A DNA stretch of 64,000 nt from an uncultured Solirubrobacterales bacterium (GTDB lineage: Bacteria; Actinomycetota; Thermoleophilia; Solirubrobacterales; 70-9): the NCBI GenBank assembly GCA_963837695.1, contig CAWINZ010000005.1:220155-284154 (forward strand), read 5' to 3'. A program made the position numbers and the translations under genes. Shown piece after piece: positions 51,382 to 60,940 of this stretch. The notes beneath the pieces were generated by a model. The model worked only from the letters and a program-made list of their open reading frames with translations, did no database searches and was not told the origin of the DNA. How positions within the stretch are numbered: position 1 is the first letter of the stretch; each line of letters starts with the position of its first letter.

Positions 51382-51455
51382 CGCGCCCGACAGGATTCGA
51401 ACCTGTGACCTTCGGTTTCGTAGACCGACGCTCTATCCAACTGAGCTACGGGCGC
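51382..51455 (-). tRNA. tRNA-Arg (anticodon ACG), integration target
   Basis: Hand-folded 74-nt cloverleaf: acceptor GCGCCCG/CGGGCGC, anticodon arm TCGGT-CTACGAA-ACCGA, T arm ACAGG-TTCGAAT-CCTGT. CCA is not encoded. Confidence 0.9.
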
Positions 51456-51495
51456 GGGTTGAGGCCTTGGCCTCTATTGCGGAGATTCTATGGGG

Positions 51496-52272
51496 TTAGC
51501 GGCCTTGGAACTTCGCGTGGCCGGGGCCCTGCTCCAGGAAGGTCTTGACGGCGTTCTGAAGATCCTCGGTGGCGAAGAGGTCGGCGGCTTCGTCGCGGAC
51601 GGCCTGGTCGGCAGCGGGGATGCCGCCTTCGCGGAAGCGGCGGAGGATGTGCTTGGTCATCGCGTGCGCCTTGGTCGGGCCGGCGGCGAGCTCGGCGGCG
51701 TAGGCGCGGGCGCGCTGGTCGAAGCCCTCGTCGTCCCAGAGCAGATTGACGACGCCCCAGCGCTCCATCTCCTCGGCGCCGAAGAGTTCGCCGCTCATTA
51801 CGAAGTGGCGGGCTCGACCGCTGCCGGCGCGCTCGGCGAGGCGCTGGGTGCCGCCCATCGACGGGGTCAGGCCGACGACCTTCTCGACCAGGCCGAACTG
51901 GGCCGAGCGGGCCGCGACGATCAGGTCGCAGCCGAGCGCCAGCTCGAAGGCGGCGGTCAGGGTCAGCGCGTGGGCGGCGAAGACGACGGGCAGCGGCAGC
52001 GCTTCGACCCGCTCGACCGTCCCGATCAGCTCGTCCCACAGGGCGCTCCCCTGCTCCGGCGTCAGCCCGTCGAACTCATGCACGTCGACGCCGCCCGAGA
52101 CCGCGCGTCCCTCGGCGCGGAAGAGCAGCGCCCGCGGCGGGTCGGCCTCGACCTGCCCGATCGCTGCCCGCAGGTCTTCCATCAGCTGCCGGTTGAAGAG
52201 GTTGAGCGGCGGGCTGTCGAAGCTGGCAACCGCGAGGCCCGCCTCGTCGCGGTCGAGCCGGACGAGGCTCAT
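51496..52272 (-). CDS. enoyl-CoA hydratase/isomerase (crotonase) family protein
   Basis: 258-aa ORF with a crotonase-type layout (..[14 protein letters not shown].. oxyanion region). Confidence 0.8.
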   Translation of the reverse strand: MSLVRLDRDEAGLAVASFDSPPLNLFNRQLMEDLRAAIGQVEADPPRALLFRAEGRAVSGGVDVHEFDGLTPEQGSALWDELIGTVERVEALPLPVVFAAHALTLTAAFELALGCDLIVAARSAQFGLVEKVVGLTPSMGGTQRLAERAGSGRARHFVMSGELFGAEEMERWGVVNLLWDDEGFDQRARAYAAELAAGPTKAHAMTKHILRRFREGGIPAADQAVRDEAADLFATEDLQNAVKTFLEQGPGHAKFQGR

Positions 52273-52736
52273 GTCTCGGCAGCGGCCGGCTTGTTCAGCC
52301 GCACGTGCCAGTGCACCGTCGCCGTAGCGACCTGGGTGCCGGAGCCGTCCGCAAGCCCGACCTCGCAGGGAAACTCGACCTTGCCCTCGGCATCGAGGGT
52401 GGCAAGCGCGTCGGCGGCCGGCACTCCCAGCTTCGCGGTTGCCTCGATCGGCCCCTTGGCGATCTTCTTGTAGGAGACCTCGGCGCTGCGGGCGAGCGGC
52501 GTGATCTCGCCCAGGCGCTCGGCGAAGGCGCCGACGAAGGCCGCCCCGGACGCCGCCTCGGCGACGGTGAAGAGCGCACCGGCATGCTGGGAGCCGACGT
52601 GGTTGGTCAACTCGGGACGCTCGGGCAGCACCACAACCGCCTCGCCCTCGGCGACGTTGGTTATCTCCAGCCCGAGGAACGCGGCGAAGGGCACCGCCTG
52701 CGTCATCCCCTGCGCGATCGCGTCGAAGTCGGTCAT
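52269..52736 (-). CDS. PaaI/DUF4442-like hotdog-fold thioesterase
   Basis: 155 aa. NHVGSQHAGALFTVAEAASG is typical of PaaI-type hotdog proteins. Overlaps the next gene by 4 nt. Confidence 0.65.
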   Translation of the reverse strand: MTDFDAIAQGMTQAVPFAAFLGLEITNVAEGEAVVVLPERPELTNHVGSQHAGALFTVAEAASGAAFVGAFAERLGEITPLARSAEVSYKKIAKGPIEATAKLGVPAADALATLDAEGKVEFPCEVGLADGSGTQVATATVHWHVRLNKPAAAET

Positions 52737-52861
52737 CGATCGAAGACCCTACCGCGTGTCGTGAGACGTTCCGGGACCAAGCGATACAAGGAAGAGGGAG
52801 CCGGAAGGCAATCGCCTTTCGGCGACCGATGACGCCGTAGCGCGCCGGTATCCGGGGCGTC

Positions 52862-54274
52862 TCACGGCACGCGGTGGACCTCGAACAGATTCGTTCCCAA
52901 CTCCTGATCCGGCATGCCGGCGACGATCGCGATCAGGTCTCCCGACCGTGCGATGCCATGCCGCACCGCCAGCGAAGCGCAGTCGTCGAGCAGGCCGCGG
53001 ACCTCGGTCTCGTGCTCGCTGTGGATCGCGGTGACGCCGAAGAGCAGGTTGAGCCGCCGCACGGTCTCGGCCCGCGGCGAGATCGCCAGGACCGGCACGT
53101 TCGGGCGGTGGGCGGAGACGAGCCGGGCGCTGCGGCCGCTCGTCGTCGGCACCACCATCGCCGCCAGGCCGAGCCGGTAGACCGCGCCGACGGCGCTCTG
53201 CGCGACCGAGTCGGCGACGTCCTGGGTCGCTTGGTCGGTGCGGGCGAACAGCCACTCCCCATAAGGAAGGTCGGGCTCGGTCGCGCGCGCGATCCGGTCC
53301 ATGGTCCGCACCGCCTCGACCGGGTGGCGGCCGACCGCCGTCTCCTCGGAGAGCATCACGGCGTCGGTGCCGTCGAAGATCGCGTTGGCGACATCGGTCA
53401 CCTCGGCCCGGGTTGGGCGGCGCGCCGTCACCATCGAGGCGAGCATCTGCGTCGCGGTTATCGCCGGCTTGGAACGCCGACCGGCCTCGCGGATCAGCCG
53501 CTTTTGCACGACCGGCAGCTGCTCGAGCGGCAACTCGATGCCGAGGTCGCCGCGCGCGACCATGATCCCGCCGCTCGCCGCCTCGATGATCTCCTCGGCG
53601 TTCTCGGCCGCCTGCTGCTTCTCGATCTTGGCGATCAGCGGAATGTCCGAGCCGAGCGAGTGCAGCTTCTCCACGATCGGCTCGAGGTCGGCGGCGAAGG
53701 AGACGAAGGACATCGCCAGCAGGTCGATCCCGTGCTCGACGGCAAACTCGACCCAGCCGAGGTCGCCGTCGGTGGCGGCGCGGGCGGTGACTCCGGGGAT
53801 GTTCATCCCCTTATGAGAGGAGAGCGTGCCGCCCACCTCGACCTCGGCGTCGACCCCGCCGTCTTCGGGTTCGCGCACACGCAGGCGGATCGACCCATCC
53901 GCCAGGTAGACGAGTTCGTCCTCACGCAACGAGCCCACGCCCGGCCAGTCGACCGGGATCGTCTCCGCATCCCCCTTGACCTCCTGCGGCGTCAGCTTCA
54001 CGTGCATCCCCGTCTCCAACTCTGCGACGTCGTCGCGCATCTCGCCGATCCGCAGCTTCGGCCCGGGTAGGTCACCGAGCACGGCGACCTCGCGCCCGGC
54101 TCGCTCCGCCGCGGCCCGGATCGCCTCGATCGTGTGGGCGTGCCGCTCGCGATCGGCGTGGGAGAAGTTGAGGCGGAAGACGTCCGCGCCGGCCTCGACC
54201 AGACCCACCAGGGTGTCGCCGTCCCAGCTGGCCGGACCGACGGTGGCGATGATCTTCGTGCGCCTGCCGTACAT
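52862..54274 (-). CDS. pyk: pyruvate kinase
   Basis: RRTKIIATVGPAS, FRLNFSH, IIAKIE, MVARGDLGIE and MLSEETA motifs. Confidence 0.9.
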   Translation of the reverse strand: MYGRRTKIIATVGPASWDGDTLVGLVEAGADVFRLNFSHADRERHAHTIEAIRAAAERAGREVAVLGDLPGPKLRIGEMRDDVAELETGMHVKLTPQEVKGDAETIPVDWPGVGSLREDELVYLADGSIRLRVREPEDGGVDAEVEVGGTLSSHKGMNIPGVTARAATDGDLGWVEFAVEHGIDLLAMSFVSFAADLEPIVEKLHSLGSDIPLIAKIEKQQAAENAEEIIEAASGGIMVARGDLGIELPLEQLPVVQKRLIREAGRRSKPAITATQMLASMVTARRPTRAEVTDVANAIFDGTDAVMLSEETAVGRHPVEAVRTMDRIARATEPDLPYGEWLFARTDQATQDVADSVAQSAVGAVYRLGLAAMVVPTTSGRSARLVSAHRPNVPVLAISPRAETVRRLNLLFGVTAIHSEHETEVRGLLDDCASLAVRHGIARSGDLIAIVAGMPDQELGTNLFEVHRVP

Positions 54275-54333
54275 ACGTCACATGACTGTAGAGATTGGTT
54301 AATACGACATCGATTTATGTAACACTGATCGCG

Positions 54334-55764
54334 ATGACCCAGCTGGCCGATCCGGTGGCGCCCGAGGCCCCAGCCGCGAACGAACTCGTCGGCGAGGCGG
54401 CGCCCTCCCCCGCCGGCCCACTCGATGGCGGCGAGGCTGCCGGCCTGCCGGAGCCGCCCGCGGTTATGCAGCCGCGGCTGCTCCAGACCCTCCGCTTCAA
54501 CCAGCGCCAGATCGAGTTCGTCTTCCGCGCCCGGCGCGAGCTGGGTGAGGTCTTCCGCATGCGAGGCACGATCCCCGGCCCCGGCCCGGTGATAACCAGC
54601 CACCCCGACCATGTGCGCTCGCTCTTCACCGCCAAGCCAGAGCAGGCCCCGTCGCTCACCGGCGAATCGCCGCTGCGGCCGATCGTCGGGCCCAACTCGG
54701 TGCTCACCGCGGTCGGCCCCCGTCACCTCCGCCAGCGCAAACTGCTGCTGCCGCCCTTCCACGGCGAGGCGATCGAGCAGTACACGCAGATGATTGCCGA
54801 CGCCGCCGAACGCGAGATCGACCGCTGGCCGCTCGGCAAGCCGTTTGCCCTGGCGCCGAGCATGCAGGCGATCACGCTCGACGTGATCATGGCGGGGATT
54901 TTCGGCATCGAAGGCAGGCCCGAACGCGGCACGCCCGAGCACTGGCTGCGCTACGCCACCAAGCGCCTCGTCGCCGCCTCGACCTGGCCGCTGGCCCAAG
55001 TCGGGGAGCTGATGAACCTGAACCGCGACGAGCCCGTCGGCCTGACCAGGATCGGCCTCGAGCTGCTCGACCGCCCCACCTACGCGGTGATCGAGAAGCG
55101 CCGCGGCGCCGACGACCTGGACGAGCGGCGCGACATCCTCTCGCTGCTGCTGCAGGCTCGCACTGAGGACGGCGAGGCGCTGAGCGACAAAGAACTACGC
55201 GACGAGCTGCTGACCCTGGTCCTCGCCGGGCACGAGACGACCGCCAATCAGCTGGCTTGGACGTGGGAGCGGCTGGTCCGTAACCCGCCCGCGCACAACG
55301 CCCTGCTCGACGCCGTCCGCAGTGAGGACGATGCAGCCGAGCAGGTCGAGGCGACGATCGTCGAGGCGATGCGCTCGCGGCCGGTGATCCCGATTATCGG
55401 CCGCCGGGTGAAGGTTCCCTGGCGCCTCGGGCCCTACGCGGTCTCCGCCGATACCCCGGTGACGATGAGCATCCTGCTCGTCCACCACCGCGAGGATCTC
55501 TATCCCGAGCCGTTCGAGTTCCGCCCCGAGCGTTGGCTCGGCCGCAAACCCGGTACCTACGAGTGGATCCCCTTCGGCGGCGGTATCCGCCGCTGCCTCG
55601 GCGCCGCGCTGGCAATGGCCGAGCAGCGCGTCGTCCTGACGACGATGGCCCGCCGCCTCGACCTCGAGGCCGACGATCCCGCTCCCGAGCGGGCCGTGCA
55701 CCGCAACGTGACGATGATCCCCTCGGGCGGCGCCCGCGTCGTCATCCGCTCACGGCATTCCTGA
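54334..55764 (+). CDS. cytochrome P450
   Basis: LVLAGHETT (I-helix), EAMR (ExxR) and FGGGIRRCLGAALA (heme Cys loop). Trimmed to MTQLAD. Confidence 0.85.
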   Translation: MTQLADPVAPEAPAANELVGEAAPSPAGPLDGGEAAGLPEPPAVMQPRLLQTLRFNQRQIEFVFRARRELGEVFRMRGTIPGPGPVITSHPDHVRSLFTAKPEQAPSLTGESPLRPIVGPNSVLTAVGPRHLRQRKLLLPPFHGEAIEQYTQMIADAAEREIDRWPLGKPFALAPSMQAITLDVIMAGIFGIEGRPERGTPEHWLRYATKRLVAASTWPLAQVGELMNLNRDEPVGLTRIGLELLDRPTYAVIEKRRGADDLDERRDILSLLLQARTEDGEALSDKELRDELLTLVLAGHETTANQLAWTWERLVRNPPAHNALLDAVRSEDDAAEQVEATIVEAMRSRPVIPIIGRRVKVPWRLGPYAVSADTPVTMSILLVHHREDLYPEPFEFRPERWLGRKPGTYEWIPFGGGIRRCLGAALAMAEQRVVLTTMARRLDLEADDPAPERAVHRNVTMIPSGGARVVIRSRHS

Positions 55765-55809
55765 GCGACGGAGCCACACCCCCAGGGCGGCGCTATGGTT
55801 TTCGGGCCC

Positions 55810-55898
55810 GGAGAGGTGGCCGAGTGGCTGAAGGCACTCGCCTGCTAAGCGAGTAGGGGGCGCAAGCTCTCTCGAGGGTTCGAATCCCTCCCTCTCCG
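55810..55898 (+). tRNA. tRNA-Ser (anticodon GCT)
   Basis: Hand-folded: acceptor GGAGAGG/CCTCTCC, anticodon arm CTCGC-CTGCTAA-GCGAG, long variable arm, T loop TTCGAAT. Confidence 0.85.
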
Positions 55899-55923
55899 CT
55901 TTCAGCGCGGTTAGTCTCGACGG

Positions 55924-57135
55924 GTGTCTTCCCGTCCCAGCCGCGCTTACGAGGACTACGAGCAGATCTTCGCCGAGGTCGAGGCGCCGTTTGCCTTCGT
56001 CGACCTCGACGCGATGGCGGCCAACGCGGCGGAGATGCTCGGTCGGGCGGGGGGCAAGCCGATCCGGGTGGCGAGCAAGTCGCTGCGCTGCCGGGCGCTG
56101 ACCGAGCGCGTCCTGCGCAGCGACCCCGGCTTTGCGGGACTGATGACCTTCACCCTGCCGGAGACGCTCTGGCTGGCCGAGCAGGGGTTCGAGGACCTGC
56201 TGCTGGCCTACCCGACCACCGACACCGGGGCGCTCGGCGAACTGGCGCTGCGCTCGGTCGCCAACCCGGCGGGGGCGCCGATCGTGATGGTCGACTGCAG
56301 CGAGCACCTCGACGCGATCGAGTCGGTGCTCGGGGCCGGCGCCGCCCCGGTCCGGGTCTGCATCGACGTCGACGCGAGCTGGTGGGCGCTGGGCGGCAGG
56401 ATCAAGGTCGGCCCCAAGCGCTCGCCCGTACACACGGTCGAGCAGGCGGTCGCCCTGGCCCAGGAGATCGACAGCCGCGCGCAGATCGAGCTTGCAGCGC
56501 TGATGTCCTACGAGGGTCAGATCGCCGGCGTCGGCGACCAGCCCCCCGGGCGGCGCCTGCGCGGCCGTGCGATCGGCTTCATGCAGCGTCGCTCCGCCGC
56601 CGAGCTGGCCGAGCGACGCGGCGCAATCGTCGCCGCGATCCGCGAGTTCGCCGCCCTGCCGATCGTCAACGGCGGCGGCACCGGCAGCCTTGAGCTGACC
56701 GCCGCCGAGGAGCCCGTCACCGAGGTAACCGCCGGCTCGGGCTTCTACGCCCCCGCCCTCTTCGATCACTACAGCCGCTTCTCGCTTACCCCCGCGGCCG
56801 GCTTCGCGCTGCCGATCGTCCGCAAGCCGGCGCCAGACGTGGCGACGGCGCTCGGCGGCGGCTACCTCGCCTCCGGCAGCGGCGATCCGGCCCGGCTGCC
56901 CGCGCCCTGGTTGCCGGCCGGCCTGCGCCTCGATCCCGAGGAGGGCGCCGGCGAGGTCCAGACCCCGCTGCTCGGCACCCCGGCGACGCAGCTCTCGATC
57001 GGCGACCGCGCCTACCTGCGCCACGCCAAGGCCGGCGAGCTGTGCGAGCGCTTCGACGTCCTCCACCTCGTCGAGGGCGACGAGATCGTCGACGTAGTCC
57101 CCACCTATAGAGGCGAGGGCAAAGCATTCCTCTGA
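55924..57135 (+). CDS. alanine-racemase-N-domain (fold-type III PLP) amino-acid deaminase/aldolase-like enzyme
   Basis: FVDLDAMAANAAEM...PIRVASKSLRC (PLP Lys) plus a C-terminal beta-barrel-like part. Confidence 0.65.
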   Translation: MSSRPSRAYEDYEQIFAEVEAPFAFVDLDAMAANAAEMLGRAGGKPIRVASKSLRCRALTERVLRSDPGFAGLMTFTLPETLWLAEQGFEDLLLAYPTTDTGALGELALRSVANPAGAPIVMVDCSEHLDAIESVLGAGAAPVRVCIDVDASWWALGGRIKVGPKRSPVHTVEQAVALAQEIDSRAQIELAALMSYEGQIAGVGDQPPGRRLRGRAIGFMQRRSAAELAERRGAIVAAIREFAALPIVNGGGTGSLELTAAEEPVTEVTAGSGFYAPALFDHYSRFSLTPAAGFALPIVRKPAPDVATALGGGYLASGSGDPARLPAPWLPAGLRLDPEEGAGEVQTPLLGTPATQLSIGDRAYLRHAKAGELCERFDVLHLVEGDEIVDVVPTYRGEGKAFL

Positions 57136-57183
57136 ACCCGTCCTGCATCGAACCCCTATTTGGGGTTCGATGCAGGACGGGTT
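57135..57183. terminator. perfect 22-bp-stem palindrome (loop tattt) overlapping both stop codons of convergent genes; same family as 2648..2700
   Basis: aacccgtcctgcatcgaacccc / tattt / ggggttcgatgcaggacgggtt read directly. Confidence 0.6.
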
Positions 57184-58477
57184 AGCTGCCGAGCACGCGC
57201 GCGGCGTACTCGTTGGTGAAGACCCGCTCCGGATCGAGCTCGTCGCGCGCGGACTGGAACTTCCCCCACTGCGGATAGAGAGGCGCCAGGGTCTCGGCCG
57301 TCTGGAAGTGGCGCTTGCCCCAGTGGGGACGGCCACCGTAGTCGCGCATGATCTCCTCGACCGCCTCGAAGTAGGGGCGCCACTCCATGCCGCGGTACTG
57401 GTGCACCGCGATGTAGGCGGTGTCGCGCTCGTGCGAGGGACTGAGCAGGGCATCGTCCCCGGCCGCGACGCGCATCTCAATCGGGAAGAAGACCGGGTAG
57501 CGGTTGACGCGAACCCACTCGACCACCCGCCGCGCCGCCTCCGGCCCGTGCTCGCGCGGCACGCCGTACTCCATCTCGGTGAAACGGACGCGGCGCTCGC
57601 TGGCAAAGACGCGGTCGCTGCGGTCGGTCGTCTTGCCGCCCGAGGCGAGGGCCGCGGCGAGGCGGGAGAGAGCGGGAATCGCCCTGGGCAGCACCCGGCC
57701 GGCCGCCGACAGCGCCTCCAGCGCCCAGTTCTCGAGCACGATGTCGTTGAGGTAGGAGGCGGCGCGCCCGCGCGGTCGTGGCCCGCCGTCGACCCGATTG
57801 CGCTCCAGCACCAGCGCCGAGTCGGCGTAGGGGAAGGTGAAGAGCTCGAAGTGGTCGTTCGCCTCGGCGCGTCGGTCGAAGTCGTCGAGCACCTGCTCGC
57901 GCGGTTGCGGCGAGTCGACCCGCTCGAGCACGAAGGCCGGCACGCAGCGCAACGTCACCGCCGAGATCGCCCCGAGGGCGCCGACGCCGACGCGAGCGGC
58001 GCGGAGGAGATCGGGCTCAGAGCCGTCCAACTCGCGCACGCCGCCATCGGCGCCGACCAGCTCCACCGCCTCGACCTGAGCGGAAATGTTGCGCAGCTTC
58101 GCGCCGGTGCCATGGGTGCCGGTGGAGATCGCCCCGGCGATCGTCTGGCGGTCGATGTCGCCGAGGTTCTCCATCGCCAGGCCGAGCCCGTGCAGTTCCT
58201 CGTTGAGGTCGGCAAGCACGGTGCCCGCCCGGACCTTGACCAGGCCCGTTGCGGGGTCGGCGTCGATCGTGCCGCTGAGCGCGGCGATGTCGACCATCGT
58301 GCCCTCGGTCAACGCTGCCCCGGTGAAGGAATGGCCCGCGCCGGCCACGCTGACCTTTCGCCCGGCGCCGGCGGCGGCCACGACGGCAGCCGCCAACTCG
58401 TCGCGGCTACGCGGCCGGACGGCCTCCGCCGGGCTGCACTGCTGATCCCCCGTCCAGTTGCGCCAGGTCGCGGCCAC
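57182..58477 (-). CDS. FAD-dependent L-gulono-/D-arabinono-1,4-lactone oxidase family protein
   Basis: WRNWTG..Q, VAGAGHSFT and GAISTGTHGTG motifs, plus a C-terminal ALO-type region ending GRPHWGK. Confidence 0.8.
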   Translation of the reverse strand: MAATWRNWTGDQQCSPAEAVRPRSRDELAAAVVAAAGAGRKVSVAGAGHSFTGAALTEGTMVDIAALSGTIDADPATGLVKVRAGTVLADLNEELHGLGLAMENLGDIDRQTIAGAISTGTHGTGAKLRNISAQVEAVELVGADGGVRELDGSEPDLLRAARVGVGALGAISAVTLRCVPAFVLERVDSPQPREQVLDDFDRRAEANDHFELFTFPYADSALVLERNRVDGGPRPRGRAASYLNDIVLENWALEALSAAGRVLPRAIPALSRLAAALASGGKTTDRSDRVFASERRVRFTEMEYGVPREHGPEAARRVVEWVRVNRYPVFFPIEMRVAAGDDALLSPSHERDTAYIAVHQYRGMEWRPYFEAVEEIMRDYGGRPHWGKRHFQTAETLAPLYPQWGKFQSARDELDPERVFTNEYAARVLGS

Positions 58478-58502
58478 CGCTTAAAGCTAGCCCGTCCGGG
58501 GC

Positions 58503-59669
58503 CTAACTCGCCGCCGGCTGGACCATCGGCGGCGCCAGGGAGCGGTAGGCATAGGCGGAGGTGACGAGCAATAGCGCGGCGATCGCCAGGCTCGGCACGG
58601 CGTACCCGGCCGCGCTTGCCACTGCCCCTCCCGCCAGCGCCCCCGTCATCTGACCCGCGGCCCAGGCCATGTTGGAGAGGCCCGCCGCGAAGCCCTGATG
58701 GAGACCGCTCAGGTCGGCGGTCTCCGAGAGTGTCGTCAGCGCCGGGGCGAAGCAGATGCCGGCGCCGAGCGAGCCGAGGATCAGCGCGCCGAGCACCGGA
58801 CCGAGCGCCTGGGCCGCCGCTATGCCCACCATTGCGCAAGCGCAGACGCCGATCCCGATCACGTACGGGATGCGGCGACCGACCCGATCCGAGTAGCGGC
58901 CGACGAGCGGGGCCAGCCCGGCCTCGAGCGCGGCGCCGACGATGAAGCCGCCGGCGATCGCCACGTGCCCGCCGCCGAGTTCGTCGATCCGCAGCGGCAC
59001 CAATACCTCCGCCGCGCCGAACATCATTGAGGGGACCGCGACGAACGCCGTCGCCGTGAGAATCGGGCGGGTGAGGATCGTCGCCCCCACCTCGCGCAGC
59101 GGTTGGCGCGCGGGCGGGCCGGCTTCCGGCAGTCGCGCGGCGAAAGCAGCGAGCACCACGGCGATGACGAGCACCGCGCCGAAGACGGCGGCGGTCCCGA
59201 TTTCAGCCGCGACCGCGCCGAGGACCGGCCCGACCAGCGCACCTGCCACCGCCGTGCCCAGAGCCGTTCCGATGACCGAGCCACGCCGCTCGGGGGGAGC
59301 AGTCGTGATCAGCCAGGTCAGCGCCCCGGACCAGATCAATGCCCCGGATATCCCCTGGGCGAAGCGCGCCGAGTCGAGCAGGACGATCTCGTGCGCAAGG
59401 CCGAAGACGAGACTGGAACAGCCGAGCAACAGCAGCCCGCCGATCACCGTGCGGCGCGGCCCCGCCCAGGTCGCCACCAGCCCCGCGGGCAGCGATGCGA
59501 GCAGCGTTCCGGCGGCATAGGAGGCGGCGAGGATCCCGGCTTCCGCCTTGTTCAGGTCGAACTCCTTGGCGTAGTCCGGGAGCAGCGGAGCGATCGCCGC
59601 GTAGAAGGCGACGTCGAAGAAGACCATCGTCGAGGCGAGGATGAGCAGCCGGCGCATACCTGTATCCAA
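58503..59669 (-). CDS. MFS transporter (12-TMS type)
   Basis: 388-aa polytopic ORF with GRYSDRVGRR (MFS motif A-like). Confidence 0.85.
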   Translation of the reverse strand: MDTGMRRLLILASTMVFFDVAFYAAIAPLLPDYAKEFDLNKAEAGILAASYAAGTLLASLPAGLVATWAGPRRTVIGGLLLLGCSSLVFGLAHEIVLLDSARFAQGISGALIWSGALTWLITTAPPERRGSVIGTALGTAVAGALVGPVLGAVAAEIGTAAVFGAVLVIAVVLAAFAARLPEAGPPARQPLREVGATILTRPILTATAFVAVPSMMFGAAEVLVPLRIDELGGGHVAIAGGFIVGAALEAGLAPLVGRYSDRVGRRIPYVIGIGVCACAMVGIAAAQALGPVLGALILGSLGAGICFAPALTTLSETADLSGLHQGFAAGLSNMAWAAGQMTGALAGGAVASAAGYAVPSLAIAALLLVTSAYAYRSLAPPMVQPAAS

Positions 59670-59746
59670 TCACCGCAAGGCCCTTTTACTCCATGCCTTT
59701 ATGTCCATACATTTGCAGCTAGCATCGACACATCGTCTGAGCACCC

Positions 59747-59835
59747 GGAGGGGTGGCAGAGCGGTTGAATGCGGCGGCCTTGAAAGCCGTTAGGCGTCGC
59801 AAGGCGTCTCGTGGGTTCGAATCCCACCCCCTCCG
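59747..59835 (+). tRNA. tRNA-Ser (anticodon TGA), second integration target
   Basis: Hand-folded: acceptor GGAGGGG/CCCCTCC, anticodon arm GCGGC-CTTGAAA-GCCGT, long variable arm, T loop TTCGAAT. Followed by a T7 run. Confidence 0.85.
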
Positions 59836-59931
59836 TTTTTTTGAGCCGGATTCGGCTTGTTAGAGCCAGTTACGGAGCCTCCATAAGGCACCGCGTGAAT
59901 CCGACGGTCTCCGGCTGATTCCGGTTGTTGG

Positions 59932-60201
59932 GTGACACGAGGGTGGCACAGCGGCCCACCTCGACCAGTCTCGCCAGCCTTTTCCGAGCGGGCCTATAGC
60001 TTCATGATCGCGGCGGGCGTCAACCCCAAGGCCCTGTCGTCCTTCAAGGGCCATTCCTCGATCACGGTGACGTTCGACCTCTACGGGCATCTGATGCCCG
60101 GCAGCGAGGCAGAGGGAGGAGCGCAACTCGACGCCTACCTCGCGAAGAGAAAACCGAGTATTCTCATCGCCGACACGGGCAAAACTCGTAGCCTTAAATA
60201 A
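59932..60201 (+). pseudogene. C-terminal fragment of a tyrosine recombinase
   Basis: FMIAAGVNPKALSSFKGHSSITVTFDLYGHLMPG matches the integrase box II (GH...T...Y.H). The N-terminal two thirds are missing. Confidence 0.65.
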
Positions 60202-60329
60202 CCAGCGCGTACCGGGCCATCCAAAATGGCCAAACTGAATCAGACTGGTAGCTGAGGCTCTGGTTGCTCTGGAGTTGGGAACGGAGCCATAAGTTTCATA
60301 ACGATACATCTAACGCTACCCGAACTCAA

Positions 60330-60863
60330 ATGGACATCCCAGTCTTATTCATCCATCTAGATGATCTCGGCAACATAGCGACCGCAGTAGCCGCAAGCGC
60401 CACTGTCTTGCTGCTATTCGCGGCCATCTGGGCCGGATTTATTGCCCAAGCCCAGATCGCCGAGCAACGCAGAATCGAAATGCGCCGCCGGGCGTACGAC
60501 CACCTAGCCGTCTTTAACAGCCGTGACTTTACTGAAACGAGTTCAGCAGCGGCGCAGGTTCTTCGGCTGTTCAAAGAAGAAAAGACCGCCCACAAGGCAA
60601 TCTGGGCAAGGCTGTCTGAGTCAGAAAGAATTTCAGTCCAGACCTTTCTCAATTTCTATGAGGAGATAGCCACCGAGTACAACGCGGGATTCCTGGATCG
60701 CACAGCAGCCGAACCCCTGGTCTTCGTGGCAGTCATCATGTGGCAGCGGTCTAAGGAGTTGGCTGAATGGATGCGTCGGGGCGAACGTCGCTACCTTGAG
60801 CAATGGGAGAAGCTGTACCGCGAGCAAGCACCAGCAGTCATCGCAGCGGCAGACCTTGGGTAG
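60330..60863 (+). CDS. hypothetical N-terminally membrane-anchored protein, tentatively DUF4760-like (low GC)
   Basis: ORF trimmed to MDIPVLF. TM helix AVAASATVLLLFAAIWAGFIA. FLNFYEEIATEYNAGFLD resembles the DUF4760 core, judged by eye. Confidence 0.5.
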   Translation: MDIPVLFIHLDDLGNIATAVAASATVLLLFAAIWAGFIAQAQIAEQRRIEMRRRAYDHLAVFNSRDFTETSSAAAQVLRLFKEEKTAHKAIWARLSESERISVQTFLNFYEEIATEYNAGFLDRTAAEPLVFVAVIMWQRSKELAEWMRRGERRYLEQWEKLYREQAPAVIAAADLG

Positions 60864-60940
60864 GTCGGCGACGGTGGCACAGTGGGTGGCACGAATGCTG
60901 GAAACCGCTTCCGCAAGCCGTTTGCGCCCGTTCCGCCTGC

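Larger units (their letters stand above)
42788..51423. mobile_element. E3b: ~8.6 kb integrative element adjacent to intact tRNA-Arg (same backbone as E2, cyclase-fusion / TM-protein cargo)
   Basis: Bounded by R4 and the tRNA. Contains an intact integrase plus the backbone shared with E2. Confidence 0.8.

Noticed and set aside
55750-57606. 618-aa minus-strand ORF
   Set aside because: It runs across tRNA-Ser(GCT) and is antisense to the PLP enzyme gene. Its composition is low-complexity Arg/Gly/Ala.
57170-58564. 464-aa plus-strand ORF
   Set aside because: It is antisense to the lactone oxidase gene, which has strong FAD-oxidase motifs.
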